A DNA stretch of 64,000 bases from positions 20,615 through 84,614 of the forward strand of contig CAZAXK010000001.1 of NCBI GenBank assembly GCA_964489135.1, given 5' to 3'. The notes beneath the pieces are model-generated. The model was not told where the DNA came from, searched no databases, and saw nothing but the letters and a program-made list of their open reading frames with translations. Shown here one piece after another: positions 59,901 to 64,000 of this stretch; within the stretch, counting starts at the first letter, position 1, and each line of letters starts with the position of its first letter. Source of the stretch: an uncultured Candidatus Saccharibacteria bacterium (GTDB lineage: Bacteria; Patescibacteriota; Minisyncoccia; Phycocordibacterales; WO2-35-19). The position numbers and the translations under genes are program-made.

Positions 59901-62103
59901 CACCTTTATCACTATTACGCCATCCCGGGGTAGTACCCACAGAATGATAGTAGCCGGTATCCAACATACTGGTAATAGCACTATTCGTAATATTTAGGTC
60001 AGGATTGAAGTTGGGGATGGCTTTGGTGTACGCCAAATATGGAAGATTGTAGTCAATGTATACTGCCGGAGGTTGAGCACCGATAGAAAATGTCTTGCGC
60101 CAACGAGTCTTTGCAATGTGTTTGATATTGGCCTTTGAGTAAACCGGAGTAAGGCCTCTTCCAATCTTCAAGACCAGATCATAAAATTGGTCTTGAAGCT
60201 TTTGCGTCCACATGTTTTCGAGAATCATATCTACCTTGGTTGACTCGGGAGATTTTGGGGTGAATGTTGCGACGAAAATAGGGTGCATTGATTTAAAGGT
60301 AGAAGTGTCGGCTGGTCTCCAACCTGTCTGATCTTCGACGGTAGCGAATTCTCCCCATGCCGCTATCCCAACTTCCGTTGTGCCTCCATATTTTCGTCCA
60401 TCATAGTTCGGACAGCTACTTACGCCGAATTGAATCGTATTTCCAGTCTTGCCACAAACACGCATCCGCTCATTAAAGAGTTTGATAACTGAAGGCACAG
60501 GAATATCGCTTGCATCGAGCACATTCATGCTGGTGTCTCCAGCTCTAAAGTAACCGTTGGGTGTGGCCAAGAAACTTGCGGTATTTTTGTAACCAAAATC
60601 GTATTTGAGCGCTGTGGATCGGTCTTCTAGAATGATCTGAGTGACAATAGGACCTTTGAGCCAATATCTGAAATCGCCATTTTGGAGCATCTCACGAGCG
60701 CTGGCTTTCTGTGTATTGCCGTCTTTGCTCGTCTCTATCACCGCCTCGAAATCATACCCCGAGGCAAGCATCTGATCTTTTGTAAGAGCAAGACCAACAC
60801 CGCAATTACAGGAGGATTGATTTATGAAATCGACTGCAGTCGAGCCATTATTTGGCACATCAGCAACAAAAGAAATCATTGCATGCTTAACGCTACCATC
60901 TTCATACCGGCTCATAACATCTGCTTGGGTTTCCGTGGGCGAACCACCTATGCGGGCTTTGGGATAATTGAGTATCTCACCTTTGGCAAATATTCGCGAT
61001 ACAGTGAATGTTTTGTTGTTTGCATCGACGGTGCTGAAATTTTTCAGAACAACTCCGTTGCCTGATGCGGGATAATTTTCTGTAATGCTGGAGTAAGAAA
61101 CTGAAGGGGTGTTAATGACCGGCAACGGCTGGCTGACTGTTGTCGTCGTCGCGCTCACCACCACTGGAGAAGTTGAGGTTGCTGTTGGCGTTGTTTGAGT
61201 ACTTGTTGTTGTGGTTGCTTGTGTGTTTGTGTTTGAGCTAGTCGTATTGGACGTATTAGTCGTAGTATTGGTCGTATTGGTAGTGGTTGTGGTATTCGAA
61301 GAAGTATCAGGAGGGGTCGAGGTTTCGCCACGATAGTTGTACAACTCCGTTATTTCATCGATTGTCAGCACTCTACTGTAGATTCGCATATCATCCATCA
61401 CACCAATAAAGGGCGCTTTTTGCCCGTCGCTCCTGTCACCGATTAGAAGTTTTGGATTTGTAGTCAGACTTGCTGTTGGGGCCGTAGCAGTAGACTCAAG
61501 CACTGCGTCTGAGTAAACTTTTATTTCTCCACTTGTTTTATTGCGAGTAGCACATACATAGTGCCACGATGCATCAACCAAATTTTTCTTTCCATATACC
61601 GAAGTATCTGATCCGGTACCAGATCCAATACCCAGAACCAAAACACCTGAACCGTTTACACCAAAGGTATAGTCATTGCCACTACCCGGCCACGATGACG
61701 CAGCGATCGCACGCGACTCGTAGTGTGTGGGGCCTATCCCTTTGCGCTCAGGTTTGATCCAAGCACAAATCGAAAAGTCATCTTGCACCGGCCGATCAAC
61801 CTTGACTGAACTTGAGGCATTCAATGAGTATGCGGACCCTATAATGCCGGACACCAGATCCACACCAGAAACAGTTGGCTCGTAATTTGAGCTTAGAATA
61901 AACCCACCGCTAGAAGGGGTCGAAAGATTATCAAAGGGATAATGTGCCACAAGATCCTGAGTGGCAAAAGCCCCAAGCACGGCCGCTCGGTTTTCTGTTG
62001 TAGGCACACTATCCTGATCACCAAAATACATCTGTAAACCTTTTATTCCGAGAGCCAAGAGAACCAAGAGCGCCAAGTAGAGGGCCAGTTTTTTAAAAGT
62101 CAT
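56980..62103 (-). CDS. 1707-aa multidomain surface protein (TM, LamG, large central domain, Ig/FN3, two peptidoglycan-binding domains)
   Basis: LamG (FSICAWIK, WHYVCAT, MDDMRIYSRVL), Thr-rich and Gly-rich linkers, two LQNFLISKGY...FFGRLTEAAVKSFQ repeats. Confidence 0.85.
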   Translation of the reverse strand: MTFKKLALYLALLVLLALGIKGLQMYFGDQDSVPTTENRAAVLGAFATQDLVAHYPFDNLSTPSSGGFILSSNYEPTVSGVDLVSGIIGSAYSLNASSSVKVDRPVQDDFSICAWIKPERKGIGPTHYESRAIAASSWPGSGNDYTFGVNGSGVLVLGIGSGTGSDTSVYGKKNLVDASWHYVCATRNKTSGEIKVYSDAVLESTATAPTASLTTNPKLLIGDRSDGQKAPFIGVMDDMRIYSRVLTIDEITELYNYRGETSTPPDTSSNTTTTTNTTNTTTNTSNTTSSNTNTQATTTTSTQTTPTATSTSPVVVSATTTTVSQPLPVINTPSVSYSSITENYPASGNGVVLKNFSTVDANNKTFTVSRIFAKGEILNYPKARIGGSPTETQADVMSRYEDGSVKHAMISFVADVPNNGSTAVDFINQSSCNCGVGLALTKDQMLASGYDFEAVIETSKDGNTQKASAREMLQNGDFRYWLKGPIVTQIILEDRSTALKYDFGYKNTASFLATPNGYFRAGDTSMNVLDASDIPVPSVIKLFNERMRVCGKTGNTIQFGVSSCPNYDGRKYGGTTEVGIAAWGEFATVEDQTGWRPADTSTFKSMHPIFVATFTPKSPESTKVDMILENMWTQKLQDQFYDLVLKIGRGLTPVYSKANIKHIAKTRWRKTFSIGAQPPAVYIDYNLPYLAYTKAIPNFNPDLNITNSAITSMLDTGYYHSVGTTPGWRNSDKGEPGTNDSSAVQGQIWKNQFDAGQRPDIGLFTTWQMVYLYAMKTSDSRVPELFQELVGNGNASNMIPMFARESKTGKLFVTGMSDDMFGRSMSLDARPKTYSNISKSSDQDGDYQFAVDKTSNVGWIVDVNHFPNSFYLPYLFTGDWYFLEGMYNEASYILHTTNPNNRIFGKGLIGNEDRGVAWSFRGLGEAAFLAPDSTPEKKYYTDKMINNIAVREGSFDIQNGSYYSPCTTNPFNAYTETSIWCIGKNKFGKFPNALNFWSKGYGADGEADLTKANNVSIPFQNAFLHVVLGHLDELGFTQIRPLRERFAQNLLGQVFDPTYSPYFLQNYRTPSTDKNGNYFQTWAEVKNAMLSQYQTRTTDFVNDHDYEGGYSILSYGASSFLTNFSWNGISGQTAWDWFKSHIDYQDRFNGSPKWAFLPRTGTIATTTVPNPTNPPTNTAPTVTLSANPTSVDQGNSVTLSWSSTNASSCSASWTNQTSTSGSASVAPTANTTYNISCSGNGGSASASASVAVNAVTPPVSALTPVFLSNPTIDPEYKSASVAVHLDSQAVVKAEWSTDQSFTSSTTFSFVYAKDHVIDLRGLQPGKSYNLRVRARASGGGEAVSVVVPFSTLQRPSKPPKILNVTASEGSVILKWDKIDYELCANIKVYRSETGFITVPEETSLVASLACSELGYHDEAVKPLTKYYYSIFLKDEYGDYSDPVTVSFTTNAEGNSGTASSGSGGGGGGGGGTTVVTTTSSSGGGSSGGGGSSSGRTTATITAPTSTATVPGNAVGIGVVLSRTLAYGMEGKDVTDLQNFLISKGYLAPGNAIGFFGRLTEAAVKSFQRAEGIVSSGSAATTGYGLAGAKTRARIAILSVGSGQSSSSSGSVTTASGGVTSATGGVNLSRNLSYGSQGADVTVLQNFLISKGYLAPGNAIGFFGRLTEAAVKSFQRAEGIVSSGSPQTTGYGNVGPGTRARIKSLSSQ

Positions 62104-62222
62104 AATTGTATTTTATAAAAAAATAAATCCAGTCTTGGGGCAAACCAAGGCCTATATTAACTATACCCTAACCACCCATACCTCAAAGTCCGGCTGGTGA
62201 TAACGATTTTTGTCCTAAATGA

Positions 62223-62960
62223 TCAGTTTGGTAAGGATCTCAACCATAGGTCTGTCTCCTCAAACAGTTCTCTTTCATCCTCCCAATTATCAAAACAGTG
62301 ATCAGCGTGCTTTATACTAACCAGCTTTTTTGGTTTGTTGGCCAGATCAAAATACTTCTTGCCTGCCTCCGAATTCCCCTTCCTTCCGGAAGTGATAAAT
62401 AAGACCGGTTTATTAATTTTCATTATCAACTCCCCACAATCAGGAAAATTTTTGAGTTCATCGATAAATCCTCTCCCTACCATATACTCAAACCCAAAAT
62501 CATATACATACGCATTAACTTTTTTATTAAATCCCAAATCAGCAGTATCTGATTTTTTCAAATTTATGTAAGAGGCATCCCAAAATACAAATCCTTGAAC
62601 CAATGACTGATCTGCGAAAAGCAGAGATGTACCGCCATAACTATGACCAACAATAAATATCCTTTTGTATTTTTTCCGGAAGTGCTTTGCGACTGTTGTA
62701 ATATCCTTCCCATGCAAACTTATTTTTACATCTCTGAAATGTCTGCTCCCCTTCTGGCCCCCTCCGTACAGATTGAAACGAAATGTGTCAAATCCTCTTT
62801 CTGTTAAATACCTAGACCCATTAAAGAAAATGTGCTCGTTTTGATGACCAGTAAATCCGTGCACAAATATAACTAGCCGAGTTGACTTAGGTTTTGCAAT
62901 ACCTAACGTCCCGTATAAGTATTTACCGTCATGTGTCTTTATTTTCAATTCTTTTTCCAT
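62223..62960 (-). CDS. Alpha/beta hydrolase
   Basis: FVHGFTG, GHSYGG, ADHCF. Confidence 0.88.
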   Translation of the reverse strand: MEKELKIKTHDGKYLYGTLGIAKPKSTRLVIFVHGFTGHQNEHIFFNGSRYLTERGFDTFRFNLYGGGQKGSRHFRDVKISLHGKDITTVAKHFRKKYKRIFIVGHSYGGTSLLFADQSLVQGFVFWDASYINLKKSDTADLGFNKKVNAYVYDFGFEYMVGRGFIDELKNFPDCGELIMKINKPVLFITSGRKGNSEAGKKYFDLANKPKKLVSIKHADHCFDNWEDERELFEETDLWLRSLPN

Positions 62961-63092
62961 ATTCACTTGGGTTATGTACGGATCAGCATACCAAGCTATA
63001 GCCGAAATTGCACTTGCCTAAAACATCTCGTTTGCTATAATATGCTCATATTTGGGGTTACCCACGTTCCCTCTCGAAAGAGGGGGAGAATA

Positions 63093-63482
63093 TCAAGAAT
63101 AAAGGCGGAGAAATCCGTTTTTTATTTTAGCTATATCGGCCTCGTCCAAAGATCCCATTTTTTCGTACATTCTCAAATGACTGAGAACTCTTATTTGGGC
63201 TAGGTTAGCAACCGCTTCTTTCCCTTGAAAAGATATCTCCACATACCACGTTCCTTTCTTGTCACTGGTCGATAGTGGTATCCCAAGAAATCCATTTGCG
63301 CTTAATTTTTTGTAAATATAAACCGGTCGCGAAAAAGGCCTCCCCTTGCCATTTACTTCAACGCCGACATTTTCGCCAATAGCACACCACCAAATCTCCC
63401 CTTCCTTAAATAAGGGTGGCTTATTATCTGCATTGTGTAGTTTCTCTTTCAAACCAAACCACTCGAGAAATCTCTTAATCAT
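63093..63482 (-). CDS. PemK/MazF-family toxin-like protein
   Basis: GEIWWCAIGENVGVE..GK...RPV, IPLST, QIRVLS. Start set at MIKRF. Confidence 0.8.
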   Translation of the reverse strand: MIKRFLEWFGLKEKLHNADNKPPLFKEGEIWWCAIGENVGVEVNGKGRPFSRPVYIYKKLSANGFLGIPLSTSDKKGTWYVEISFQGKEAVANLAQIRVLSHLRMYEKMGSLDEADIAKIKNGFLRLYS

Positions 63483-63529
63483 TAATAAAATTGTAGCATC
63501 AATAAATGCCAGTTGGAAACAAATTAATG

Positions 63530-63600
63530 TGCGACTAGGGAGAATCGAACTCCCGTCTAATGCTTGGGAAGCACTCATTCTGCCACTAAACTATAGTCGC
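63530..63600 (-). tRNA. tRNA-Gly(CCC)
   Basis: GCGACTA/TAGTCGC acceptor stem, anticodon loop TT-CCC-AA, GTTCGA T-loop; CCA not encoded. Confidence 0.95.
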
Positions 63601-63630
63601 GTAGCACGGGGCTATTCTAGCACAAAATTA

Positions 63631-64000
63631 TTAGTCGTTTCCAAACCACCCCTTTATCTTGGACCAGAGTGATTGAGATCTTTTCTGAGTCGATGAGGCG
63701 TTCGATTCATCCACGAATATGGCCACCTTTTCGCCACTGCCGGCCACGTTGAATTTCTTGCGTAGTTCAAACTCGACTCCATCACTCGTCTCCAATCGAG
63801 AGGCAAATTGCTCTAGCGACTCTTGTCGGGACTTCAGATCCTCGATTTCCGCTTTCATCCGATCAAGCGCCTGTTCAGCCCCATTCTTCTTTATGTATAC
63901 CCGCCGGACCGAATTGCCGAGAAGTACGAGCAATAACAGCAAGAGGAAAAAAGTGAGAATTTTCTTCAGCTTCTCCTTTGACTTTGTGTTGACCCCGCGC
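63631..64000 (-). CDS. Septum formation initiator (FtsB/DivIC-like); 5' end outside the window
   Basis: TM, coiled coil, ELRKKFNVAGSGEKV; frame is open to the window edge. Confidence 0.75.
   Translation of the reverse strand, partial: RGVNTKSKEKLKKILTFFLLLLLLVLLGNSVRRVYIKKNGAEQALDRMKAEIEDLKSRQESLEQFASRLETSDGVEFELRKKFNVAGSGEKVAIFVDESNASSTQKRSQSLWSKIKGWFGND

Noticed and set aside
62100-63530. Integrative element at tRNA-Gly with an att duplication
   Set aside because: No integrase is present, and only an 8-nt match (GGGAGAAT) to the tRNA 3' end was found, which is not significant.
63483-63578. N-terminal extension of the MazF-like ORF
   Set aside because: It runs through the tRNA gene; ATG 63482 has its own TACAAT.

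Overview
Mostly housekeeping DNA from what looks like a Patescibacteria/CPR (Parcubacteria-like) genome. That placement is an inference from gene content: short AlaRS and AspRS, a sigma70-region-4/HARE-HTH protein, almost no SD sites, and large secreted Cys/Thr-rich proteins. The window holds mltG and mnmA, a small DNA-repair/nuclease cluster, two peptidases, alaS, infA-rpmJ-rpsM-rpsK-rpsD-rpoA-rplQ-rplM-rpsI, grpE-dnaK-dnaJ, and an accessory block (cupin, SpeD-like, SET domain, orphan kinase, PIF1). It continues with trpS, aspS, scpAB, cell-wall genes, gltX, surface proteins, a GC-rich subtilase, a MacAB-like exporter, rpmA/rplI, an S41 protease, corA, cysS, a 1707-aa cell-wall-anchored protein, a MazF-like toxin and tRNA-Gly(CCC). 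The most notable find is the aspS leader: a T-box riboswitch with the ultra-short Stem I architecture known from actinobacterial ileS, but with an Asn (AAC) specifier and an intrinsic-terminator platform. Other findings are two unexplained intergenic structured RNAs, a long structured leader with a likely non-AUG start on a lysozyme-like gene, pervasive leaderless promoter architecture, and palindromic or heptamer repeats inserted in frame in core enzymes. All structures and homologies were judged by eye, with no searches run.
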